A DNA stretch of 64,000 nucleotides from Ramazzottius varieornatus (Eukaryota > Animalia > Tardigrada), in the NCBI GenBank assembly GCA_001949185.1, contig BDGG01000006.1:1036827-1100826 (forward strand). Direction: 5' to 3'. The notes under the pieces are model-generated. The model saw nothing but the letters and a program-made list of their open reading frames with translations. It searched no databases and was not told the DNA's origin. This document shows positions 42,551-53,652 of this stretch, piece after piece (the stretch's first letter is position 1; each line of letters opens with the position of its first letter). The position numbers and the translations under genes were made by a program.

Positions 42551-43711
42551 ATGGCTAATCTTGTATTACTTCTCGTATTACCGTCCTTCATGGCTGGAGC
42601 TCACGCTCAGCTAGTGACTGAAAAACAGTTCCAGGATGCCTTGACGTTGAACAAGTACCGGAAACCATCCAACACACAGTATCGCAACTTTATCCAGCGG
42701 ACCGCCAATGGACGCATCAAGGACAAGCGAGAACTGGCCATGTTCCTGGCTAACATCGAGCACGAATCCGGTGGGCTGGTGTACACGGAAGAAATCGGAC
42801 CGCCACCACCCGGAAGGTACCCTTATCCTGCGCTGGACAGGCCCGGAAAAACGTACCATGGTCGCGGATATATCCAACTAACCTGGTAAGACACAGAATA
42901 ATTTCTGAAGCATTCAAGAATATTTCGCCACTTCGAAGACCGCTGTTTTGCCGAGTTGTTAAGTGGCGAACGCTTTCGGTGATATTGGCTGGAAGCGTGC
43001 GCCACTTGGAAAAACAATATTACTGAGTTTGTTTGTCGACTTCCCAACTGGGCAAAACCATAAATAATCGATTGTATTCCGGTTAAATACGATACCGATG
43101 GTACAGTACTTGAGTATTGTTACAAGAATGGTCTCTCTTGTTGAAGGTCTTACAACTACAAAGCAGCCTCGGAAGCTCTCTATAAGGATGCCCGCCTGTT
43201 AAACAACCCGGAACAGGTCGCCACCAACGACGCCATTGCCTGGGATGTTTCCTACTGGTTCTGGTCTGCTAACGTCCATGACAGGGCCGGCGTTCAACAA
43301 GGAAACTTCGGCAAGACCATTCGAGCCATCAACAGCGGAGAATGTCAGGGCGACCGGCAAAAGATCGCACGCAAACGTATCACCCTGTACGAGAACGTCC
43401 TCCGGGCCTTCGGTATCTTCAAGAGCGCAGCCTCGTGCAGCGACCCATGTGACTGTGTCATTCCGACCACACTTGGAAGCGGTGGCGGCGGCGGTGGCGG
43501 AGGTGGTGGCGGAGGTGGTAGTGGAGGTGGTAGTGGAGGTGGTAGTGGAGGTTCGGCATGCTCGCAGACCTACACGGTCCAGTCCGGCGATTCCTTCTGG
43601 TCTATCGCCAACAAGCACAATATGACTGTTCAGCAACTACAAGCTCTCAATCCTACCGTCACGAATCCATCATTGATTTATCCTGGGCAGATTCTTTGCG
43701 TTCGTCGGTGA
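42551..43711 (+). CDS. Secreted glycoside hydrolase family 19 (chitinase/lysozyme fold) with Gly linker and C-terminal LysM, ~299 aa; exons 42551-42885, 43147-43711
   Basis: Signal-like MANLVLLLVLPSFMAGAHA. GH19 motifs ELAMFLANIEHESGGL, YHGRGYIQLTW|SYNY, VSYWFW and FGKTIRAINSGEC. Poly-Gly linker. LysM YTVQSGDSFWSIANKHNMTVQQLQALNP...IYPGQILCV. Confidence 0.9.
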
Positions 43712-45699
43712 ATTTGGAGACAAAAAAATGTTTTCTACCGATGCGTCGTAAATTAAAATGTTGGAGGTGGATGGAAATGTTCGTTTCAGTAGTTTCGTTG
43801 TGATGTTGAGCCGTTTCGAGATTTGCATGAGCTGAACCTGGGATATGACCCAGAGAACTCGCGCTGTTGATTTTAATTGTCCAATGTTGCTGGGTAACAA
43901 ATCAAAACGAGGCGAAACTCCAACTGATGTTCTAGTAAGGATCTCGAACTAGGAAGTGACTTCCTAATCATGGCGTTATTGGGCCTGAACAGGACGATTT
44001 TTTTCCTCTGGTATGCGGTCTGTCATTGTGTGCAGATATCCTCTCATCCACACCGGTAAACAAGCCATCCGAGATACCCCAGCAGCACATTGCACTGTAC
44101 GACGAATCGTCCGAAGTTGGATGGTCTTCAGGATTACGGCGGTGTTTTCGTGGGAAGTGTATCCACGAAGTGCAATCACCAGCGCAGTTTAAAACTGCCT
44201 GTTTTGACCATCCCCGCTCTCGTTCAGTAAGGTAATTACACCATTAGAGTCTATGATTATAAGAGGAGCGTCTGAGGCAGCTTACCCATTTTTCTTCCTG
44301 TTGCCTTACCGGTTCCCTCGAGTACTCTACTTCCGGATCAAGCGGCCGTATAGCTAAAAAAGGCAGACTAAACAGGAAAAGCAGCACTTTAGAGAGGAGA
44401 ACAGATACGCCAGAACAGCAAAAGCTGTATAGTGGTGTAAATCAAAGACAGTCTCGAATCGCTACATGGGGCTCTCCCTAAGTTAGCGATTCGGGCTGCC
44501 ACTGTTTGACCATGTCAATCATTTTTATTGTGCAAAAATTAAAAATGCTTGCCCGGGACGTTGCCGCTGGCACGATATAGTTTTCACCTGTCGATGAAAG
44601 ATCCAACGATCAAGAACAACACGTTTCCGGTAGGCTGTGTGTATTTTCGTCCAGTGCGATTGGCAATGTCTCGACTTCCATTGCGTTGATATCTGATGCG
44701 AAGACCAGATATTTATCGGGAAACATGTTCCATTCTCCAATGTCCACAACTATCCATTTGTCAATTTCTATCTTTCGGCATCTGTAGAACCTTTATGTCC
44801 CTTTGCTTTTGATTCATCTTGAGACTAGCATGTTGATGGATAGCCGGCAAAATGAAAGGATATTTCTGAGCTCTAAATCTGACAGGGCCAGTTTTCTTTG
44901 CCACTGTCCCTACTTCGTCTTATCAGGGACGGGGGGTCAAAGTGTCGCAGACCATCTACGGTAGCAGTGTCAAAGCCACCACTGCCAAACGCAGTGGCGC
45001 CACTGTATGGAGAGCCCATGAGCGTGATGATCAGCATATTTGCATGTAAGGATCGTCGCAGTTCTTGAAACATGAACCTTACGGCCCATATCCAAAGATT
45101 TTGTACTTGTCAGTTGGCGGACCAATCGATCCAGAACATTCCTAGTCGTGACCGAGAAAGCGACCCTTTAATGTATGTTCGGCTGTCCTTGCCGGCGCGA
45201 ACTTCGGTTGGCGTAAAACAATGTATCGGACGGAACAAGGCCTACTTAGTTGTCAGGAGTTGGCGCCTCCGGTGTTCTTGGCTTACGTCTGTACTCTGTA
45301 GCTTCTACTTTCAGTTGACAAGGCAAAGCGTATCGAGCACAACGTCGTCTGCAACGCTTTTTCACCGGCCTGGTCGCCAGTAAATCCACCAGGATCTTTT
45401 CTTTCGGATTTTCACAAGAATTACATTGGCTTGCTGTTCATTTAGCTGGAGCGACCCACATGCTCCTTATTACGGGTAAGTTTTAGCTGGTGAATTTCGA
45501 AGATCCTTCATGCCAGTTCATTGTCACTGTTTCGTCGGTCTTTTTCGCAGTTTCCTACTGGACTTGTTCGGTGCAACTGAAGACTCGCAGCGTTTGCAAA
45601 AGCTTCACTGGTAAACCGACGCTTTGCTGCATGTGTAACTTGGCGTAGTCGACAACACTGTCTGCGACTATATAGCCCATAATGTCAGTTCTTTCCATC

Positions 45700-45840
45700 A
45701 GTTCCTATTCCAGTTCCGGAACTGGAATAGGAACTGAAATGTTTTTTGAGGAACTGGAACTGAAATTAAAAGAACTGAAATGAAAAACCTGGAACTGGAA
45801 TAGGAACTGGAACTCGAATTGTGGAAGATCCGGGACTGAA
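45700..45840. repeat. GGAACTGGAA-rich short repeat/palindrome cluster, probably a MITE end
   Basis: cagttcctattccagttccggaactggaataggaactg is a palindrome, followed by further ggaactg units. Confidence 0.5.
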
Positions 45841-48126
45841 ATTTTCCTTTGGTTCCTTTGGTTCCTGTGGTCTGAGTACTTTCTAGCTTTTGATTTCCAA
45901 TGGTTCTGTATTATTTGGTCTGCTGCTGTCGTGGTCGCTAAAATATTTTGGAGTATAACATGGGTAAATATATGGCGGAACTTTAACGACTCTATTTTAG
46001 TTTTGATTTTACCTAAAAAAAAAGGCTTTGTGAGTAAAAGGCTTTGTGAGCTCTTGCCCAGGGTTCATACACAGTTAAATATAGTTCTTGGATGATATCC
46101 ACTGTTCCTCGCTAGGAAAATGTGGGGATCCAAGACTTCATGTCGACATCCACAAACCAACATTTTCCAGATTCATTTTGATCGTCTGCGTGACCATTGA
46201 CTTTGCGGCTTGGTTTCTAGCTCAGCGCATCCAGATACCTTGGATTGTTTTGATGCCGGATGTCGTTCCTAGTTCCTGTTTGTAGTCTTTATCGTCATGT
46301 TTGTCAAAAGTCGAAGCAAAAGAGCACTAGTGTTTGCACTGTACACTTAGATACTCAAATCATCTTCACCTTAGCAAATTGGCTGTCAGTCTGCTCAGAC
46401 TGGATGGAATCTCCGTTGATAGCCACTGCAGGTTCCGTGAAGAAGTTGTTTGCAGTCGGCGATTTTCCCATCACCGCTGGACAGCTAATTTTCGGAAACT
46501 ACTTTGTGTAATTGACATTCTATACATTGTGGTGACGAATCGAAAGTAACTATCAAGATATCTCAAAGGATTAGGAGTCTGAGGCGCAGTCTATCCCAGA
46601 CTGAGCTTCGAGACCCTGACTGCCGTTTTCAATTGAACCGCACGAAGCCAATGTTAGCTCGAAATACTAGCCATCCCCGCGCAACCGCTGGATAGAAACC
46701 AGCCAGCAGGTAGCACGCGGGACTTCTAGCTGCATAATGATTGCAGCCTAATCCCAGTCAATTTCAGCATTTCTGCCTTGTTATGACAATCGATAGGAAG
46801 TGTGTACGGTTTATCGTTCGTAGGCCTGTGGGAGAAAGTTTCGAGAAGCACTTTGTGAATGGCCCGGCGTGGCCATCACAGTCATGCGCATTCTGACTGC
46901 GAAACTTCTGTCGGGCAATAACAAAATCAGGATTCTGCACGCACCGGTATGTTTCAGTCATCCAAGTTTATGGAACATTGGCACAGACTAGCGGGATCTT
47001 TTCCGTCTGGCGCGTTCATTTTGACCCTGCTTTCAATAATAAACAGGGATGAAGGCAGATTGACGACTCGTTGCGTTGTCCTAGTTGGCTCCATCGTGTC
47101 GGTCTGACATACCGATGCGAAACGTTACTCCCCCCTCCCCCCTTCATGCATTCCATCTGCTCCATAGTGTGGTTGTGGTCTACCGGGATGTGGCAAATAA
47201 CCGGCTCTCGATCCGGTGTGCATTAGCTGGTGTTTACTTCTAGTCCTGCATTCCTCATGACCATCGTTTTTGTTTACGTAGGTGTGCATTTTGGGGCTCG
47301 CAGTAGTGGAGAAGATATTGAATTTTCGACAGAGCTCATCCTCGGTTACTCAAAGAACGTACGGATGTTTGTGAAGGCGTCATATGTAGGCGTCCAATGA
47401 ACCGCAGTGTCACCGGAGTATACCGGTGGCGTCTCTCGGTATTATAGTATGTCGTGTCATGCCAGGGGAGCTTACGGTAGGAGCGCCTCGGGCATTCCCA
47501 GCTTCCCAGCTGTGGATCCCTTGCAAGACATCTTCCAGAAGCTTACACAAGTCAGTTCTGCCTTTTGCTTGTACCTAGCGGTCCAGCTCTTGATTCCCTC
47601 GTGTTTGATTGTTCGGATGCGATATTTTCCCCGTGTTGCATCCTTTGGGCCCTGAGCTTGCTGGTGCATCTCTGAGAGAAGTCCGATCAACTTCCGGCTC
47701 GATTCATCGTGTTTCTTGCTAGGGCTTGTCTTCAAAAGTCGATGTGACAGATCTGGACCTTCTGTCCTGTATCGGTCGTGAGTCAGGGTGAGGAACCTTT
47801 CAGCTCGACGTTGTCTTCGTGTGGTTCGTTGTAACGGGCGATACGTTCGTAGACGGAGGTCGTTTTGCGTACGATTTCACGGATTCGGACCGGCGATGAA
47901 GGCCTCCACTCTAAAAGGTTTATTGCGGTCGCCAGCTAGCGTGCAATTTTTGGCACTGCTTAAGGCTTGGAGTTCAATTAAGGAGCCTCAAATGGGGGTG
48001 GGGCTCACCTAGGCGTTGCCTCCTTCTGGGTGTTGGCGATACGGTTGGGCATGGTGCTCCTTTATCGGCTAGATCCACCAGCTCATGCACCCCCGACATC
48101 TACTGTTTCATATGACGTGTGAATAT

Positions 48127-48561
48127 TAGGGGCTTACAAAGATAGATTAAACCGCTGGTGGAATTACAACGCTGGTGTAATTGCCGCCACCCACACCCTT
48201 ACGATTGGCCTATTCATTCCACCAGACATTACACCTTCGGTGTAATTACGAGTCGCTCCGGAACGACTCGTAACTACACCAGACTTAACCAACATCCCGA
48301 GTGCGCTGTGCTCCCCTCCAAACTTTCAAATGTCACTTCCATGACGAAGTTTCTCGCTACCCGTCCTACTGCTGAGTGTATAGTGGTTCCTCCGACATCA
48401 AAGATCTCATAATTCTCCGATCATACTAACCTGCAGTGCGGGGCTTCAAAACAAGCCGTTACACCGCTTTCCTAACTGGTCAAAAAAAATTTCTGGGCGT
48501 ATCCACCAAAGTAGCTGGTGTAATTACACCACCAAGCCAGCTTAGTCTTTGTAAGCCCTTA
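48127..48561. mobile_element. MITE with 15-bp TIRs
   Basis: taggggcttacaaag / ctttgtaagccctta (14 of 15 match). Internal ggtgtaattac repeats. Confidence 0.65.
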
Positions 48562-49634
48562 TTGATTGTTTTTTCCACCGCCTAAAACAAGTCACGTCAC
48601 ATCTCATTGGTGGTTCGACGAATCGTACGGTTGAACCTTGTTTGATGTTGATAATTTTTCTGTCGTTGCTGGGATAGTTGGGATGGGGATGAGTTTCTTG
48701 AAGCTCATTCCTCCTATAGTCTTGATAGTTTCGAGTGCTTCGATGGTCATGTTAGGGCCAACACCCGACAGACGTGGAAACTTCTGACTGTACCTGATCG
48801 CCTTGTCGTGTAAGGGAGCATTCTTTAATGACGTCAGGTACCCAGGGAGGGATGATGGGTACCCGAAACCTGACAGCAATGCTATGAAAGCCAGTTGATT
48901 GCTTGAATTACCTGAGATGGGGGGGGGGATGGTCAGGCCTGCTAATCTCAAAACCTGACGTCATTAATGAATGCTCCCTAACGATTACGCGCCTAAGATG
49001 TATCCCGCATTCTTACATCTCAAATGGGGGTTGAGCCGGACTTCGGCCAAGTATTCGCGGATACTGTCGGGGGCGAAAAGTACGAAACAACTTCTTTTAG
49101 CTATGGCCACATCGATCATCGCGCCAGTCAGATCTTCAAGGCTCCCTGGTCCTACGCCGCACGGTCGGTTTGGTGTCACACCGATCGACCGTGACCTTGC
49201 GAGGGCTTGGAACAGTCTCAGGCAGCCCAGTACCGAAAACTTTAATCCGACTTCGCTCGAAAGGTCGGATCCAATAATGACGGGATGGCCACTTCACTGT
49301 GGCCAAGTAGCCAGTGCAAGATACGATCTTAGAGGAAGGGAAAGTGCGCCTAAGACGCTGTACGAGTGGCCGTAAACGCGGATTGTACACGCGTCTGGCC
49401 TAATTATTGGCCGGGACAAAATTTTTGGCCACCGGCAGCGCTTTGATTGATTGGTCTGTTTAGCTGGCAGCTGCCGCTTTCGGCGGGTGGCCGAAATTTT
49501 TTTCCCCGCCAATAATAAGGCCAGGCTCGTGTACTCCTTCGGCGTAAATTCCCACTTTTACGACAGAAATTAATCCAACTGAACGGTGCTGGCCAAAGCC
49601 CAACTGACTCAGTGTAACTCGAAACATCCAAATG

Positions 49635-49825
49635 ATTTTTCGGGTAAAGGGCGCAGTAAAAATGGTTTGCTGCAATGCAATTTCTTTTTTGTCCACTTAA
49701 ATAGGATATTTAAATACAATTGGATTTGAAAGTGAAAATATGTGTATTTTTACTTTGAATATTTTTCCGAGTGTGCACATATCGCCCGTCACTTTTTCCC
49801 TTCGGAAAAAAAAGTCGTAACAAAG
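49635..49825 (+). pseudogene. rrnS: NUMT fragment of mitochondrial 12S rRNA, 3' end
   Basis: gtgtgcacatatcgcccgtcact...aagtcgtaacaaag are the conserved SSU 3' motifs. Left boundary approximate. Confidence 0.8.
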
Positions 49826-50235
49826 TAGAGCACGGCCGCGTGCGCTGTACTGCACTGCAGCTGTGCTGTGCTGCAGCACAGCTCCAGTGCGAAAATCGAC
49901 GAAATTCGTGCAGCACAGCGCAGCAATGCAGCATGAAGCCGAAGACTGCCTCGCAGATCCACGGACCAACACTTACCAAAAATTGGTACTTTTGGGTATT
50001 CGAGTTTCAGGCATCCGAGTTTTGCCGTACCGTATGGCCACGTTTTCCCGGTGGACTACCCATTTTGCCGATAATACTATAAGGTACGTCAGTACATCAG
50101 CGTGCAGCGCAGTTGCAAGAGGTCCATGTGCATCTGCAGCGCAGATGCCCAGCCACTGGGCATGAAAGTTGTGCAGCACAGCGCAGCGTAGAGCAACCTG
50201 GTAGCGTGCGCAGCACAGTTGCTGCGTAATTTTGA
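49826..50235 (+). mobile_element. GCAGCACAGC-rich MITE, family B copy 1 (one end truncated)
   Basis: Starts tagagcacgg; diverged inverted copy of 51307-51742. Confidence 0.8.
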
Positions 50236-50239
50236 AGCA

Positions 50240-51860
50240 TTTTTTCTTTTACAATTAATTATTATCCTTTTTTGGGTTGCCTTAAAGAAAACGCAATAAT
50301 ATTTACATTTGAATTTCATACGAAGAGAGGGAAAATGTTTTGTTAAAAAATAAATAACTATGAATAATGAGTTGGAAATCGTGCCTTGAGGCTAAGGATT
50401 TTTCTATTTATTTAATTTAGCGTTTCTCGATTATTAAGTTTTTCTAAGACCGTATTGTTTTATAGTGGAAAATTTAAATTCAAAATAAAAAAGTGATAAA
50501 AAGTTTCGACTTAATAGGTATCTAGTTAATTAATTTTAAATTTAGTTTTTTTCTTTCAAATCCAAGCTCAAAGGTATAAATTTTCATTTCCCCCTTCCCA
50601 ATTGCAAGTTTTCTGATATTTGAATTAAAATTTGAGGGGTGTAGTTTTATAACTTGTTGGTTTAATATTTTTTTTAATTGAAATAAAAATTTAGTTTAAT
50701 CGCGTGAGGGATAAAACTATGATAAAATTAGTAGAATTATTGTTTATTAAGCTTTAATAATATTTAAAATATTTGAAATTAATCTGACTTTATTTTTTCA
50801 TCTGTTTTGCAAAAACATAGTACTGAGGGATAATTTAGTATAATGTCTGCTCGGTGATATATTAACGGCTGTAGATTTCTATGCTAAGGTAGCATAATCA
50901 TTTGTCCCTTTATTGGGGACTGGAGTGAAAGGCGCTTTGAAAAATTTTTTCTTCGTTTATTGAATTGAATTTAGAATTCTAAGTGAGAATACTTTTTATG
51001 AGTAAAAGGACGAAAGGACCCCATAGAGCTGTAAATAGTTTTTGATTTTTCTCATACAGTTTGATTTTAACTGGGGTGGTTAATGGGATCTCATTTATAA
51101 GAAAAACTTTTATTGGTGTACCAGGATCCACTTATGATGTGATAAAAAATATTTTACCTTGGGGGTAACAGCGTTATTTTTAAGAAGAGTTCAAACTGTT
51201 TTAAAAGTTTACGACCTCGATGTTGGATTAAAGTCACTTGATGGGACAGATCGTTTTTAAGTTTGTCTGTTCGACCCATAAAACTTTTCATGATCTGATC
51301 TCAAATTAGAGCACTGGGCCGCAGGTCCAGAAGTACGCTGTAGCTGCGCTGCGCACATTACCAGGGCGCTGTATGCTGCGCTGTGCTGCACAACTTTCAT
51401 GCCCAGTGGCTAAGCAGCTGTGCTGCAGATGCACGTTGACCTGGTGCAACTGCGCGGAACGCCGATGTAGTGACGTGGTTTGTAATTTTGGTCAGCGAAA
51501 TGTGTTGTAAACCTGTAGAACGTTGCCCTAAAGTACGACAAAGCTGGAGACGGCTGACGTTCGAATGCCCAAAAACTAATTTTCGTTAGGTTTCGGTAGG
51601 TGCATCTGCGCGGTAGTCTATGGCTTTCTGCTGTATGCTGTGCTGTGTCGCACAAGTTTTGTCAGTTCACGCGCTGTAGCTGTGCCGCAGCACAGCACAG
51701 CTGCAGTGCAGTACAGCGCATGCGGCCAGATTCCGTGCTCTGGTTCGAATCGGTGTAAGCCAGCTTGGTCTTTATCGTTTTTGGTAAAATTAGATAAAAT
51801 AGTTAATACGAAAGGACTTCTATTTAGTTTAATCAAGAGTAAACTTAATTTTTTCTAAAA
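50240..51860 (+). pseudogene. rrnL: NUMT of mitochondrial 16S rRNA, interrupted at 51307-51742
   Basis: gctaaggtagcataatcattt, gacgaaaggacccc, ggggtaacagcgt, acgacctcgatgttggatta, gtctgttcgac, catgatctga, then cggtgtaagccag after the insert. Confidence 0.9.
51307..51742 (-). mobile_element. GCAGCACAGC-rich MITE, family B copy 2 (complete, hAT-like)
   Basis: TIRs tagagcac / gtgctctg. Degenerate 8-bp TSD tctcaaat / gttcgaat duplicates part of the 16S motif gatctgagttc. Confidence 0.8.
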
Positions 51861-52227
51861 AAAGTCTTTAATAAAGTAGGAGCCACGAAGGGCCAGTTTT
51901 GAAGAAGTCTCAGAAAAATATATGGCTCATATTTTAGTTTAGTTCCCGTCAATATATAATTGAAAAAGGGCACGTCAGAACAACCGACCTTGTGGGGGTC
52001 GTGCTTGCTTGCTTTATTGATATTAGATCATTTAGTTCCTGAAGTTTTATTTTCGTTGTGTTTTTGTTTCTTATTCTGTTTTATTTATTATTCTTATACT
52101 ATATCTTGTTTATTATTTCATTAATAAATATAAGATGGAGATTGAGTTTTGTGTGCGGGGTGCATTATTTAAAAATATAACTGAAAGTAATTATTGTTAT
52201 TATGTATTTGTTATATTTTTAAAATTT

Positions 52228-52290
52228 TTGTTGGCAGATTAGTGTGTCAAATTCAGGATTTAGGATTTAAAGTTATGTGTTAAATTTAGG
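52228..52290 (+). pseudogene. trnL1: NUMT tRNA-Leu(UAG) relic with local micro-duplications
   Basis: ttggcagattagtg D-arm and tttaggattta anticodon loop, the latter repeated several times. Lies just upstream of nad1. Confidence 0.55.
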
Positions 52291-52352
52291 ATTTAAAATT
52301 TAGGATTTTTTAGGAAATGTATTTTACACACTTTAAGATGCTTGAAAGGGGA

Positions 52353-53238
52353 ATGGTTTTTTTTATTATTTCCAAGTTTTAGTTTTTTTTATGGTTGCTG
52401 TTGCCTTTTTAACGTTATTAGAGCGCAAGGTACTGAGATATAGTCAACTTCGTAAAGGTCCTAATAAGCTTGGTGTTGCAGGTTTATTTCAACCTTTTGC
52501 AGATGCGTTAAAACTGTTTTCTAAAGAAGAGATAGTTCCTGTTTTTTCAAATTTTTTGCTTTATTGATCTTCTCCAGTACTGAGCTTTGTAATAACTATG
52601 CTTTTATGGGTTTTTTTGTTTAGCTTTTCAGGGTATCTCGATTTCAAATTTCCTCTTTTGTTTTTTTTTGGTGTGTTAGTTTGAGAGTTTATGGGTAATC
52701 TTCTCAGGGTGGTCTTCTAATTCTAAATACGCTATGATAGGGGGTCTGCGCACTGTTGCTCAAACTGTATCTTTCGAACTTACCCTTGCTTATATCTTTG
52801 TCTTTGGTGTTCTTTTGTTTCATACACATTTTCTGTTATCTATAATTTTCACACTTATCTTAGATTTTTTTCCTCTTCCCTTTAGCAGTAGTTTTTTTAT
52901 TTCATGTGTTTCTGAGACAAACCGGGCCCCTTTTGATTTGGCTGAAGGGGAGTCTGAGCTAGTTTCTGGTTTTAACGTTGAATACGGGGGTTTAAAATTT
53001 GCTTTAATCTTTATAGCTGAGTATGCCAGAATTTTATGAATGAGGCTTCTATGTGCTATTCTTTCTTTTTTTGATTGTTCTCTTTTATCGAATTTTTGTT
53101 TATTTTCGTTTCTTGTTTTCTTATTTTTAATGTTTCACTCTTCGTTTCCTTGTTTGCGCTATGATTACTTAATATACTTAACTTGAAAAAAGTTTTTGCC
53201 CTTGGTTCTGATCTTTTTTTTCTTTTCTTTCAGTTTAA
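52353..53238 (+). pseudogene. nad1: NUMT of NADH dehydrogenase subunit 1 (frameshifted)
   Basis: [49 protein letters not shown] and [24 protein letters not shown]. Confidence 0.92.
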
Positions 53239-53295
53239 AACCGGTAAGTATATTCAATACTTTTTTATGTTTTCAAAACATTAATTAACGGTTTT
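53237..53295 (-). pseudogene. trnS2: NUMT tRNA-Ser(UGA)
   Basis: Acceptor stem aaaaccg/cggtttt and anticodon arm atgtt-TTGAAA-acat. Canonical position between cob and nad1. Confidence 0.7.
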
Positions 53296-53296
53296 T

Positions 53297-53652
53297 AAAT
53301 AAAAAAAACCACCTAAAGTAAAAGAATGTGCCCGCGACCCTTAATGTCAGAAAGGGTTCTTCTACAGGTTTTATTCCCAATCATGTTAAAATTAGAAAAA
53401 CTATAACAAAAAATCGAAAGAACAGGTTCTTTTGATTTTCTTTGTTGAATTGTTTTATTGAGGGTTGCAAAATTACAGGAATAAGTGTAAAGATTGAGAG
53501 GAGTAGTGTAACGACACCTCCCAATTTGTTAGGGATTGCTCGTAAGATAGCGTAAGCAAATAAAAATATTATTCAGGTTGGATATGAACAGGGGAAACTA
53601 GCGGATTTTCCGGAATAAAATTTTCCTCGTCTATGAGAGAAAAGGCGAAAAT
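53297..53652 (-). pseudogene. cob: NUMT of cytochrome b, 3' part
   Basis: [34 protein letters not shown] and KPVEEPF. Confidence 0.9.

Noticed and set aside
43480-43552. GGT/GGC/GGA repeat as a microsatellite or antisense Thr-rich ORF (43199..43636)
   Set aside because: Explained as the poly-Gly/Ser linker of the GH19-LysM gene.
44500-49400. Fragmentary ORFs (e.g. 47472-47735, 48604-49390) possibly from decayed transposons
   Set aside because: Coding-like composition but no diagnostic motif I can name; needs a translated profile search.
52300-52350. Possible trnL2 (ctttaagat) before nad1, which would indicate a non-pancrustacean order
   Set aside because: No convincing stems; region scrambled by micro-duplications.
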